Source of the DNA: an uncultured Bacillota bacterium
GTDB lineage: Bacteria; Bacillota_I; Bacilli_A; RF39; UBA660
DNA: 64,000 nucleotides
Reading direction: 5' to 3'
NCBI GenBank assembly: GCA_945867665.1
Contig: CAMBIR010000001.1
Coordinates: 30,168 to 94,167, forward strand
Shown: one piece after another, positions 1 through 9,641 of the stretch
Position numbering within the stretch: position 1 is the first letter of the stretch
Layout: the number at the start of each line of letters is the position of its first letter
Notes under the pieces: generated by a model
What the model was told of the DNA's origin: nothing
Databases searched by the model: none
The model's input: only the letters and a program-made list of their open reading frames with translations
Position numbers and translations under genes: made by a program

Positions 1-2
1 GA

Positions 3-305
3 GTGGATGTGATGATTGAAAATGGTCTTGTTGATGAGGTTTATTCTTTTTATCAACAAAATATTCGGTCAAAGCCACTTTTAGGGGGGATTGGTTATAA
101 GGAATTATATTCGTATTTTGATGGGGAAATTTCTTTAGAAGAAGCAATTTCTCTTATTAAAAGAAATTCTAGAAGATATGCGAAAAGGCAGTATACTTTT
201 TTTAGAAATCAGTTGGATGTTAAATGGTTTGATACGAATTATACCAATTTTTCTAAAACGGTTGGAGAAGTAGCAGGATATCTTTCAAAGGAACTAGAAA
301 AGTAA
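3..305 (+). CDS. miaA: tRNA dimethylallyltransferase, C-terminal fragment; 5' end lies outside the window
   Basis: Open frame from the window edge. The C-terminal motif ...RRYAKRQYTFFRNQ... matches the MiaA tRNA-binding helix. Lies upstream of mnmA. Confidence 0.55.
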   Translation: MDVMIENGLVDEVYSFYQQNIRSKPLLGGIGYKELYSYFDGEISLEEAISLIKRNSRRYAKRQYTFFRNQLDVKWFDTNYTNFSKTVGEVAGYLSKELEK

Positions 306-314
306 TTCTTTTTT

Positions 315-323
315 TGCTATAAT
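315..323 (+). promoter_or_regulatory. Extended -10 promoter element (TGcTATAAT) upstream of mnmA
   Basis: TGnTATAAT is seen at 315-323, about 85 nt upstream of the mnmA ATG. No strong -35 element. Confidence 0.35.
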
Positions 324-409
324 AGAGTTAATTTTATGAAAGGAAAATACTGAAATATCAATAAGGTTAGGTTTAAGTATTTTTCTAAAAATAAAGAAAA
401 GAGGTTTTT

Positions 410-1486
410 ATGAAGAAGGTTGTTGTTGGAATTTCTGGTGGCGTTGATAGCTCGGTTGCTGCTTTACTTTTAAAAAAACAAGGTTATGAGGTTATTGGGT
501 TATTTATGCGAAATTGGGATAGCTCGATTAATAATGATTATTTGGGAAATCCTAATTTGGAGAATTCAATTTGTCCTCAAGAAGAAGATTATAATGATGC
601 AAAGGCTGTATGTGAAAAATTAGATATTCCTTTGCACCGAGTTGATTTTGTGAAGGAATATTGGGATTATGTTTTTACTTATTTTTTGGATGAGTTAAAG
701 AAGGGAAGAACACCTAATCCAGATGTAATGTGCAATAAATATATTAAATTTGATTTATTTGTAAAAGAAGCATTAAAGTTGGGAGCTGATTACATTGCAA
801 CAGGACATTATGCTAGAATAAAAGATGGAAAGTTAATTAGGGCGGTAGACTTAAATAAGGACCAGACTTATTTTTTGGCTTATGTTGCTAGAGAAAAATT
901 TGCTAATGTTTTATTCCCTATTGGAGAATTAGAAAAGCCTATGGTAAGACAAATTGCTCTAGAGAATGATTTAATTACGGCAAAGAAGAAAGATTCAACG
1001 GGGATTTGTTTTATTGGAGAGCGAAATTTTACTAAATTTTTAGAGAATTATTTGCCTAATCAACCGGGAGATATTATTGATATTGAAACAAAAGAAAAGG
1101 TTGGAGAGCATATTGGACTGATGTATTATACTATAGGACAAAGAAGAGGACTTCATTTAGGTGGACATCATGAGAAAAGTTATGTTGCTTTAAAAGATTT
1201 AGAACATAATATTTTGTATGTTGCTAGTGGAGATGAGAATCGTTATTTATATTCTAGTAGTGCGATTATTGAGGAATTTAATTTTTTGACGGATGAAAGA
1301 CCAGACTCATGTACTTGTAAGTTTAGATATCGCTCAAAGGATGTTGAAATAAAGGTAAAATATTTAGAAAACGGGGATTTGGAATTGAAGTACGACCATG
1401 CGAAAGCCGTTACTCCGGGACAATTTTGTTGTTTATATCAAGGTGAAGTATGTTTAGGGGGAGGAATTATTAAAGAAGTATTTTAA
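410..1486 (+). CDS. mnmA: tRNA-specific 2-thiouridylase MnmA
   Basis: 358 aa. N-terminal PP-loop VVGISGGVDSSVAA (SGGxDS). Conserved C..C residues, a typical MnmA length, and an RBS AAGAGG upstream. Confidence 0.85.
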   Translation: MKKVVVGISGGVDSSVAALLLKKQGYEVIGLFMRNWDSSINNDYLGNPNLENSICPQEEDYNDAKAVCEKLDIPLHRVDFVKEYWDYVFTYFLDELKKGRTPNPDVMCNKYIKFDLFVKEALKLGADYIATGHYARIKDGKLIRAVDLNKDQTYFLAYVAREKFANVLFPIGELEKPMVRQIALENDLITAKKKDSTGICFIGERNFTKFLENYLPNQPGDIIDIETKEKVGEHIGLMYYTIGQRRGLHLGGHHEKSYVALKDLEHNILYVASGDENRYLYSSSAIIEEFNFLTDERPDSCTCKFRYRSKDVEIKVKYLENGDLELKYDHAKAVTPGQFCCLYQGEVCLGGGIIKEVF

Positions 1487-1505
1487 TTTTTACTTGACAT
1501 TCTAC

Positions 1506-1533
1506 TTGACATAATCTGTAAACATGATAAAAT
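1506..1533 (+). promoter_or_regulatory. Sigma-A type promoter: TTGACA, 16-nt spacer, extended -10 TGaTAAAAT
   Basis: TTGACA at 1506-1511 (also duplicated at 1494-1499). TGATAAAAT at 1525-1533. RBS GAGAGGGA and the ATG at 1555 follow. Confidence 0.5.
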
Positions 1534-1554
1534 ATAATTAGAGAGGGATGTAAC

Positions 1555-2337
1555 ATGAATACTGTTGATAAAATTAATTTAATTTTGAAAAAAACCAATA
1601 TTTCTAAAGTTAATCTAGCAAAGTATTTGGGTGTTTCTAGGCAGATGGTATATAATTATTTAGATAGTGATGACTTAAATAAAATGCCTGCGGAAAAGTG
1701 TCAGTTGTTATTTAATTTATTAGAAGTTAGAAGTTGTGAAGAAATTTCTGAAAAAGAACTTACAGATGAATACTTGCAGTCGGTTTCTAATAAAGTTTTT
1801 AATTATAAAAAAGTTCCTTCAAAGAAGGAAGAAGTGATTGAACTTACTGGTTTAAAAAAAGAGGAACAAGATATTATATCAGATATTGTTTTTCTTTTAA
1901 AAGAGATGCTAAATGAAAATAAGACAAGAGAAAGTTATATTACTTTGAAATATTTATATCATTTTATTCAGTCTTTGGCTGGAATGAAGGAAGCAAAATA
2001 TATTTTAGGGTACATTGCTAAGAATAATGGCTATTTGAAGTATAATGTGTATGATTTTAATGAAGAGAATCAGTTTGATTTTGAAAGTATTATGTATTCG
2101 GCAATGACTTTGTATACGAATGGTGGTGCTTCAAAGAGTAAACTTATTGAATCGCATCGTAGGTGGGAAGCAGAATTAGAACGAAAAAATGAGGAGAAGT
2201 TAAGTCGAACGCAAGAATTAAATACGGCTAAGGTACAGGCTTTACGTGAACTTGGATATACTGAGATCAATGAGAGAAATGCTAGTGAAGTATTTGATAA
2301 GATAGCGGAGATACAGGCTAGAAATAATAATTATTAA
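1555..2337 (+). CDS. XRE-family helix-turn-helix protein, function unknown
   Basis: 260 aa. The N-terminus LAKYLGVSRQMVYNYL is a typical XRE/Cro HTH. The rest has no recognizable domain. Confidence 0.4.
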   Translation: MNTVDKINLILKKTNISKVNLAKYLGVSRQMVYNYLDSDDLNKMPAEKCQLLFNLLEVRSCEEISEKELTDEYLQSVSNKVFNYKKVPSKKEEVIELTGLKKEEQDIISDIVFLLKEMLNENKTRESYITLKYLYHFIQSLAGMKEAKYILGYIAKNNGYLKYNVYDFNEENQFDFESIMYSAMTLYTNGGASKSKLIESHRRWEAELERKNEEKLSRTQELNTAKVQALRELGYTEINERNASEVFDKIAEIQARNNNY

Positions 2338-2513
2338 TAAGGGGTAAGTATGATAAATTTTATTTTTTTACCGATTCGAATATTATTTGCTGCTATATTT
2401 TTGCCGATGAAACTTATTTTTAAAATTTTGGGAATAAGATAAAATAACTAATGTTCTTTAGTTAAAGAATTAGTTATTTTTTTGTATGATATATGACTTA
2501 AGGAGGGGATATT

Positions 2514-3224
2514 ATGTATGAGAAAATAGAAAAATTATATCGAGAAAAGAGCGTCAATAATATTATTTTTAGAAAATCATTTTCTTTTTATATTGTTACT
2601 TTAATTATTTTATGTTTATCTGGTATGTATCAAAAGTTTCTTTATATCATGCCTTTTTATATTATAATGGTTATTTATGGTTTTAAAAAAATGAGTGAGA
2701 AAATACTTAAACAAAATCTTTTTCTTACTTTTAATAAAAAAAGTACTGAAGATTTAGCGACTATTATTAATCGAAGGGATGTTAAATTAATGAAGAAATA
2801 CATTATTGATAATCAACTTGATAATAATGCCTGTCTTCAAAATATTATTGACCATTATCGAAATTTGTGTTCTAATCAGCGTACTCTATTAGACTCTTTA
2901 TTAGACTTTGGATTTTGGATTACTTGTGCGATATCAGTTGTTGCTCCATTTTTGGAGGCTAGTGGTATAAATGCTACTTTGGTTATTGAAATGTTTAAAA
3001 GATTATTGATTGTATTTTTTTATGTAGGAATATTTTATTGGATTTTCAAACATTTCTTTATTACTGTTCAATCTTTATATGGTAATTACAATATTAATAA
3101 AAACTTAGAAAAAATTTTTAGTGATATTTTTTTAGAGATGAATAAAACTAAGTTTGCTAAGGAAAGTAAAAACTTTAACAAAAGAAAAAAATTAAGAAAA
3201 CAAATACCTAAATTAAAAGTGTAA
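2514..3224 (+). CDS. Hypothetical membrane protein
   Basis: 236 aa with several hydrophobic segments. RBS AAGGAGGGG upstream. No recognizable family. Confidence 0.3.
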   Translation: MYEKIEKLYREKSVNNIIFRKSFSFYIVTLIILCLSGMYQKFLYIMPFYIIMVIYGFKKMSEKILKQNLFLTFNKKSTEDLATIINRRDVKLMKKYIIDNQLDNNACLQNIIDHYRNLCSNQRTLLDSLLDFGFWITCAISVVAPFLEASGINATLVIEMFKRLLIVFFYVGIFYWIFKHFFITVQSLYGNYNINKNLEKIFSDIFLEMNKTKFAKESKNFNKRKKLRKQIPKLKV

Positions 3225-3520
3225 ACCTATTTTTGAGTAGAGAAGGGGAGTGATAAAGATTCAAGTCCCCTATTTTATTTTAATAATTTAATAAAAAGTT
3301 ATTATTGATGTTAAATAATAATTTGGATATTTTATAATCAATTTTAGAGTTATATGATTATTATTTTGGTTATTAAATAAACAAAAATAATAATAAATTT
3401 CGACTTATTAAAGTTATTGATTTAATTTTATTTTTTGATAAAATTTAGTTAAATAATTATATTAAAATTTAAAAATCATAAGTTATTATCTAATAATGAA
3501 ATTGTTATTAACTGATTATC

Positions 3521-3746
3521 AAATTTAAATCGAAATTAAGAAAGATGGATAACTATCCATCTCGAGTTAAATTTTAGATAATTAAAAATGGAATCGAGAA
3601 TAAAAAAGATGGATAGTTGTCTGATTTTGATAAAATTTAGTTAAATTTAAATCGAAATTAAGAAAGATGGACAACTATCCATTTCGAGTTAAATTTTAGA
3701 TAATTAAAAATAGAATCGAGAATAAAAAAGATGGATAGTTGTCTGA
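3521..3746. repeat. Tandem direct repeat, 2 x ~122 bp at ~95% identity. Contains four copies of an AGATGGATAGTTGTC / GACAACTATCCATCT motif, including a perfect 20-bp palindrome AGATGGATAACTATCCATCT at 3543-3562
   Basis: Seen directly. Unit 1 is 3521-3642. Unit 2 is 3643-3746. Motif copies are at 3543-3562, 3608-3622, 3665-3683 and 3729-3743. Flanking sub-repeats 'gataaaatttagttaaat' sit at 3436 and 3628. Confidence 0.7.
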
Positions 3747-4045
3747 CTCAAATTAAATTTGAAAGCATTAAAATTGAATAATTATCCATATTAATTAAAT
3801 ATGTGAATGAAAATAATTTTTATTTTTATATTTAATTAAGAATTGATAAGGGCTAAATAAAGATAATTATATAATATATATGCATATAAGTTATAATTGA
3901 TATAAAAATATTTCTTATTTATTAGTTCCTATAATTTATATTATGTAAACTTCTATATCTAAAATAGAAAGAAAACCCTTATAATACAAGGGTTTAATTG
4001 TTTTTTTAGAACAGTTCTTTATCAGTATTTTTGGCATATAATCAA

Positions 4046-6589
4046 CTATTTTAACTTTTCTTTTAATTCATATAGTAAATTTAGAGCTTTTAATGGGGTT
4101 AATTCTAAGACATTTGTATTTTTGATGATTTCTTCAGTTTCACTTTTTTCTTTGATGTTTATGTTTTCTAGTGGTAAACTTGTTTGGATTGATATTTCCT
4201 TTTTACCTAGATCATTATTTTCGTATGCTACTAGTATTTCAGATGCTCTTCTTAATACTTCATTTGGTAGTCCGGCTAGCTTGGCTACGTTAATTCCATA
4301 GCTTTTGTCTACACTTCCGTCTTTTACTTTATGTAAGAAGATAATATTTTCTCCATCTTCGCTGGCAGAGACGTGTTTATTTTTTAGATGTTTTAATTCT
4401 TTTTCTAGTTTAGTTAGTTCGTGATAATGGGTTGAGAATAATGTTTTACATCCTATTTCGTTGTTTACGTATTCTAAGATTGCTTGAGCTAGGCTCATTC
4501 CATCATAAGTAGCGGTTCCCCTACCCAATTCGTCAAATAAGATTAAACTGCTTTTGGTAGCATTTTTTAATGCGGTTGTTGCTTCAATCATTTCGACCAT
4601 GAAGGTAGATTCACCACTTACCAAATCATCGCTTGCGCCTATTCTTGTAAAGATTTTATCAAATACTGGCATTTTGGCTTCTTTAGCGGGGACAAAACAT
4701 CCTATTTGAGCCATGATAACAATAATGCCTAATTGTCGCATATAAGTGCTTTTACCGGCCATATTTGGTCCTGTAATTAGTAGTGTATAGGTGCCGTTAT
4801 CCATAATAATATCGTTAGGGACATATTCTCCTTTGATTACTCTTTCTACAACAGGGTGCCTTGAATCAATTAGTTTAAGACTATGGTCTAGTGTCATAGT
4901 AGGACGTGTATAGTTATATCTTTCGCTAACCAAAGCAAAACTTTGAAGAACGTCAATTTCACTGATTGTTTTGGCTATTTTTTGGAGTTTAGGAATATAT
5001 TTTTTGATTTTATCTCTTATTTCAATAAATAATTCGTATTCTAGGTTAATGATTTTTTCTTCAGCACTTAAAATTAAGTCTTCTTTTTCTTTTAATAAAG
5101 GTGTAATAAAGCGTTCACAGTTTGTTAGAGTTTGCTTTCTAATGTATCCCATATCTTCAGTAATAAGGTTTAAATTTCCTTTGGATACTTCAATGTAATA
5201 ACCAAATACTTTATTGAATCCTACTTTTAAGTTTTTGATTCCTGTTCTTTCTTTTTCTTCTAATTCAAAGTTACTGATGAAGTTCTTTCCCCCACTCCGT
5301 AAATCTTTTAATTCGTCTAATTCACGGGAGTATCCTTCTTTGATTAAGTAACCTTCTTTAATGGTAATGGGTGGGGCTTCATATAGAGAATTCTCTAGTA
5401 ATTCATATAAATCATCTAAGTCATCGATAGTACTATAGAAGTTAATTTGCTTTAACATTTCTGAGATAATAGGAAGAACTTTAATGGAGTTTTTTAATTG
5501 AATTAAGTCTCTTCCGTTTGCGTTTCCTAAAGCAATTCTACCACTTAATCTTTCTAAATCATAAATTTCATATAGATTTTTTCTTAAGTCTTCAGTTAAA
5601 ATAAATTCATCGATTAATTTGCTTACGACTTCATGTCTTTTTTCGATTTTTCTTTTTTCTTTTAGAGGAGTTTCTATCCATTGTCTTAATTTTCTACTTC
5701 CCATAGCAGTTTTGGTATTATCTAGAAGCCATAATAGAGAATAATTTCTATCTTTTAAGCGAATACTTTCGGTTAATTCAAGGTTTCTTTTGGTATGAAT
5801 ATCCATCTTTAAGAAATCATCATTTTCATTGATGATTACCCTTTGTAAGTGTCCTAGACTTCTTTTTTGATTGATGACTAAATAATAAAGAAGGTGTTTA
5901 ATTGCCGTAATATATCTTTGGTCAGTTACATTTTTATAACAAAATTTGTATTCTTCTGTTTCTAAGATATTATCAACAATTGTTACGGTTAAATGATATT
6001 GCTCTCTTAATAGTTTTTCAATAGAAGGATTAACCGCTTTATTTACAACAACTTCTTTTAGTTCGAAAGAAAGAATTTCATTAATTAATTTATTGGTATC
6101 ATGTGGGATAATTTCAGCGTGTAATTCGCCGGTTGTGATATCCGTATAAACAATGGTATAACAATATTCATAGTCATAAACACTTCCAATATAATTGTTG
6201 CTTTTTTCGTCTAGACTACCAGAGGAGATAATGGTTCCGGAAGAGATAACTTCGGTTACATCCCTTTTGACGATTCCTTTTGCATTTTTAGGATCTTCTA
6301 ACTGTTCACAAATAGCTACTTTAAATCCTTGTTTGATTAGTTTATCGACATAGACATCTACAGCATGATGAGGAACACCACACATTGGTACTCTTTCGTC
6401 TAAGCCAGCATTTCTTCCTGTTAGAGTTAACTCAAGAGCATGGGATACAACTTCGGCATCTTCAAAAAACATCTCATAAAAGTCTCCTAGGCGATACAAT
6501 AATATGACATCGGGATATTTATCTTTTAGTTCTACATAGTGTCGCATCATAGGTGCTAATTTTGTTCTATCTATTTCACTTATTTTCAT
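4046..6589 (-). CDS. mutS: DNA mismatch repair protein MutS
   Basis: 847 aa. The N-terminus LAPMMRHYVELKDKYPDVILLYRLGDFYEMFFEDA is the MutS mismatch-binding domain. Walker A GPNMAGKST and the TFMVEM...LILFDELGRGT ATPase motifs are present. Confidence 0.9.
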   Translation of the reverse strand: MKISEIDRTKLAPMMRHYVELKDKYPDVILLYRLGDFYEMFFEDAEVVSHALELTLTGRNAGLDERVPMCGVPHHAVDVYVDKLIKQGFKVAICEQLEDPKNAKGIVKRDVTEVISSGTIISSGSLDEKSNNYIGSVYDYEYCYTIVYTDITTGELHAEIIPHDTNKLINEILSFELKEVVVNKAVNPSIEKLLREQYHLTVTIVDNILETEEYKFCYKNVTDQRYITAIKHLLYYLVINQKRSLGHLQRVIINENDDFLKMDIHTKRNLELTESIRLKDRNYSLLWLLDNTKTAMGSRKLRQWIETPLKEKRKIEKRHEVVSKLIDEFILTEDLRKNLYEIYDLERLSGRIALGNANGRDLIQLKNSIKVLPIISEMLKQINFYSTIDDLDDLYELLENSLYEAPPITIKEGYLIKEGYSRELDELKDLRSGGKNFISNFELEEKERTGIKNLKVGFNKVFGYYIEVSKGNLNLITEDMGYIRKQTLTNCERFITPLLKEKEDLILSAEEKIINLEYELFIEIRDKIKKYIPKLQKIAKTISEIDVLQSFALVSERYNYTRPTMTLDHSLKLIDSRHPVVERVIKGEYVPNDIIMDNGTYTLLITGPNMAGKSTYMRQLGIIVIMAQIGCFVPAKEAKMPVFDKIFTRIGASDDLVSGESTFMVEMIEATTALKNATKSSLILFDELGRGTATYDGMSLAQAILEYVNNEIGCKTLFSTHYHELTKLEKELKHLKNKHVSASEDGENIIFLHKVKDGSVDKSYGINVAKLAGLPNEVLRRASEILVAYENNDLGKKEISIQTSLPLENINIKEKSETEEIIKNTNVLELTPLKALNLLYELKEKLK

Positions 6590-6727
6590 TCTACTTCACC
6601 TTTTTCTATGTATCTTAAGTATAACAGAAAAAAAGGGAATTAATGGCTAATTTAATTCTTTGTTTACCAAAAATAGTAGAGCTTTTATCATGATAACATT
6701 AAAGAACGAATAAGCAAATAAAATTAC

Positions 6728-7738
6728 CTATTCGTTTGGATTGATGTATCTTTTAATTTTTAAATTTGATTCAATTGATGATTTATCTACTTGAGAATAA
6801 ATCATATCTTCAATCTTTTCTAATTCTTCTTGTTTTTGAATGATATATTTTTCTTGGATTTTTTTCTTATTTTCTTCTAATTTTTGTTTTGATTTTATTA
6901 ATTTAAAATTGAGATAACAACCAATCCATAAAGTATTCATACATTCTTTTAATTTTTCGTTATATGTCTTTTGAAAAAAATCATCGCTTTTTGAAATTTG
7001 TTTTTTGTAATCAAATGGATTTAGGGATATTCTAATTCCTGTATTTGCAAGGTTACATCCACTCATATTAGTATTAATTTTTGTTATATATTCTATCCCA
7101 TTAATTGTAAGTGAAGATAAATCAATTCCACTAAGGTTTGATTTGGCAATTTTTGTGTTTTTTGCATGATTTAATTCAAAGTTTGAATTAGAAATATCAG
7201 AATCATAAATGTGGATAGACTGTATTTTTGAATAATCTTGATTAATAAAAGTAACACCAGAAAAATAACAAGCAGATATATCTATTTTAGACTCTGTTAG
7301 GGCTTCATGACTTTTGGTTAAGTCAATTTTAGCGTTTGTCATGTTATAGTTAATGTGATAATCTATACCAAATAAACTTTTATTGATGGAGTAAATTTTT
7401 TCTAGTCCTTGTTTATCTATTTTCAGATTTTTATTCTTTGTTTCGTTAATAGGAGTACTAGAGAAAGTATCTAAGGTTAGATTAGTATACTCGTTTAAAA
7501 TTTTCCATGAAACATTAGAAAAATCAACTTCACTTAAGTCTAGTTTTCTTAAGAAATCACCCGACCATACTGGTAGTTTTGCTTGAATTTTCTTTTCTTT
7601 ATTTAATGTTACGGTTTCAAATAAAAGTATCTCTAAGGTTTCTTTAGGAAGTTTAAATTTTTGATTATCAGGCATATCTTTTAATATTTTTGAGACTTCT
7701 TTTCTTAATTCGTTTCTACCATTTTGATTGAGTTTCAT
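6728..7738 (-). CDS. Hypothetical protein with a central pentapeptide-repeat-like region
   Basis: 336 aa. The central stretch has repeated A(D/N)LxG-like five-residue periodicity (SNLSGIDLSSLTINGIEY..). The K/E-rich C-terminus looks like a coiled coil. Confidence 0.3.
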   Translation of the reverse strand: MKLNQNGRNELRKEVSKILKDMPDNQKFKLPKETLEILLFETVTLNKEKKIQAKLPVWSGDFLRKLDLSEVDFSNVSWKILNEYTNLTLDTFSSTPINETKNKNLKIDKQGLEKIYSINKSLFGIDYHINYNMTNAKIDLTKSHEALTESKIDISACYFSGVTFINQDYSKIQSIHIYDSDISNSNFELNHAKNTKIAKSNLSGIDLSSLTINGIEYITKINTNMSGCNLANTGIRISLNPFDYKKQISKSDDFFQKTYNEKLKECMNTLWIGCYLNFKLIKSKQKLEENKKKIQEKYIIQKQEELEKIEDMIYSQVDKSSIESNLKIKRYINPNE

Positions 7739-7840
7739 TATTATTCCTTCTTTCTGTTTCTTATTATAGCATATTTCTTTTGAGAATAATAAAAAATGAT
7801 TATTGTATTAAAAAAATTAGGAATTATTTCCTAATTTTTT

Positions 7841-9073
7841 CTATTTCATTAAATCAATTGCTTTTCTTACCTTTATATCATAGATAAGAGCATCTTGTCC
7901 ACCTAATGAAGATTTTACATCTTCTTCAGTCATATTATACTTCTTTGCTAAATCTTCGATTTCTTTTTTGGCTTCATCATCACTAGCTTCAATCTTTTCT
8001 TCTTTGATAATTGCATTTAAAAGATAACTATTTTTTAGTCTTGTTTCGGCTTCTTTTTTCATGTGGTCGATGATATCTTCTTTGGTTGTTCCTGCATATT
8101 TTAAGTATAATTCTTCATTGATTCCTTGAGCGGACATATGTGTCATGAAATCATTATACATTGCTTCTGCTTCTGCTTCGATAATTTCATCATCTAATTC
8201 TATTTCCATATTGCTTGTTGCTTTTTCTAGTAAGTCATCTACATATTTCTTTTCAGCATCTTGTTCTTTTCTTTCTTTGATTTCTTCTTTCATTTTCTTT
8301 TCTAAATCTTCTTTTGTTTTGACATCTTCCATGCCTAAATCTTCAAAGAAATCTTCATCTAAAGTAGGAACTTCTTTTGTTTTAATTTCGTTTACCTTTA
8401 CTTTAAAGATAACCTCTTTACCAGCAAGAGATTCTTCTTGATATTCTTCTGGGAATGTTAGAGTTAAATCTTTTTCTTCTCCTTTTTTCATACCAATAAT
8501 TCCTTCTTCAAAACCTGGAATGAAAGTATGACTACCAATTTCTAGAGAATAATTCTCTCCTTTTCCTCCATCAAAAGCAACACCGTCTTTAAATCCTTCA
8601 AAGTCAATAACTGCAGTATCTCCTTCTTCAACTGCTCCATCTTCTTTAATTACTAATTCGGTATATCCTTTTAATAATCCATCGATTTTTTCTTTGATTT
8701 CTTCTTTAGATACTTTAACTGCACTCTTTTTTACATCTAAATTCTTGTATTCTCCTAATTTTACCACTGGTTCTAAGATAAAAGTAAAGTTTACTTCTAA
8801 TTCATCATCTGTTACTTTTACTACATCAATTTTTGGCTCTAAAATTGGTAAAATTTTACCTTCTGATAAGATTCTATTGTATTCTTTATCTACTACGATA
8901 TCCGCAGCTTCCATGATAATTTGACCTGGATAGTTTCTTTCAAAAACACTTCTTGGTGCTTTTCCTTTTCTAAATCCATCAATTTGATATTTTGGACTTA
9001 TTTTTTTGAATGCTTGTTCCTTTGCTTTTTCCCAATCTTCTTTTTGTGTTTTGTAATTTACTACTTTTTTCAT
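7841..9073 (-). CDS. tig: Trigger factor (ribosome-associated chaperone/PPIase)
   Basis: 410 aa. The N-terminal signature GFRKGKAP matches the GFRxGxxP ribosome-binding motif. Acidic C-terminal chaperone arm. Confidence 0.8.
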   Translation of the reverse strand: MKKVVNYKTQKEDWEKAKEQAFKKISPKYQIDGFRKGKAPRSVFERNYPGQIIMEAADIVVDKEYNRILSEGKILPILEPKIDVVKVTDDELEVNFTFILEPVVKLGEYKNLDVKKSAVKVSKEEIKEKIDGLLKGYTELVIKEDGAVEEGDTAVIDFEGFKDGVAFDGGKGENYSLEIGSHTFIPGFEEGIIGMKKGEEKDLTLTFPEEYQEESLAGKEVIFKVKVNEIKTKEVPTLDEDFFEDLGMEDVKTKEDLEKKMKEEIKERKEQDAEKKYVDDLLEKATSNMEIELDDEIIEAEAEAMYNDFMTHMSAQGINEELYLKYAGTTKEDIIDHMKKEAETRLKNSYLLNAIIKEEKIEASDDEAKKEIEDLAKKYNMTEEDVKSSLGGQDALIYDIKVRKAIDLMK

Positions 9074-9089
9074 GATATTTCTCCTTTTA

Positions 9090-9569
9090 TTATAATATTT
9101 CTACAACTTTAACATTGTAAGTTCCATTTGGGCTTTCTACAGCACGAATATCGCCTGCTTTCGCATTCATAATTGCTTTAGCAAGAGGTGATTCATTAGA
9201 AATTTTGTTATTTGATGGGTCAGCTTCTTTTGAACCAACAATCATATATTCTTCTGTCTCATCATCATCTTCTTCGATGTACTCGATTTTTACGGTTGTT
9301 CCAAGACATACGGAGTCGGTTGAATTTTTCTCAATAATATGGACATTTTCCATAATTTTTTCTAACTCTTGAATTCTTCCTTCTACTTGTGCCTGTTCAT
9401 TTCTAGCTGCGTCATAATCGGCATTTTCAGATAAATCTCCTAAGGCTCTTGCTTCTTTTAAGGCTTTGATTACAGCGGGCCTTTTCACATTTTTTAATTC
9501 ATTTAATTCTGTTTCTAATTCTAAAAAACCTTGATCGGTTAAATATACTTTTTCATTATTTGTTTTCAT
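9090..9569 (-). CDS. greA: Transcription elongation factor GreA
   Basis: 159 aa. LTDQGFLELETEL...DLSENADYDAA is the GreA coiled-coil with acidic tip. The C-terminal FKBP-like domain is present. Confidence 0.85.
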   Translation of the reverse strand: MKTNNEKVYLTDQGFLELETELNELKNVKRPAVIKALKEARALGDLSENADYDAARNEQAQVEGRIQELEKIMENVHIIEKNSTDSVCLGTTVKIEYIEEDDDETEEYMIVGSKEADPSNNKISNESPLAKAIMNAKAGDIRAVESPNGTYNVKVVEIL

Positions 9570-9641
9570 TATGTATTCCTCCTCAACTATTTCAAAATTT
9601 TACTATAAAATCAGTATTTTGTCAAGAAAAAAATAGAAGTT

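Noticed and set aside
3521-3746. Considered whether the tandem repeats are a CRISPR array.
   Set aside because: There are only two units of ~122 bp with no short unique spacers, no cas genes are nearby, and the motif copies alternate in orientation.
4971-5198. Antisense or embedded short ORFs inside well-supported genes. Examples: 4971-5198, 8145-8441, 8694-9112, 9779-10027, 12070-12384, 13358-13552, 15773-15973, 16719-16955, 21626-21868, 23951-24163, 29621-29806, 30462-30653, 33674-33967, 36401-36670, 38912-39187, 41100-41288, 43641-43829, 47137-47337, 51523-51705, 52180-52494, 53174-53455, 57768-58031, 58614-58856, 59303-59827, 61317-61511.
   Set aside because: They are fully contained in longer, motif-supported genes on the other strand or frame. 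Their low-complexity S/F/L-rich translations are typical of antisense reading of AT-rich coding DNA.
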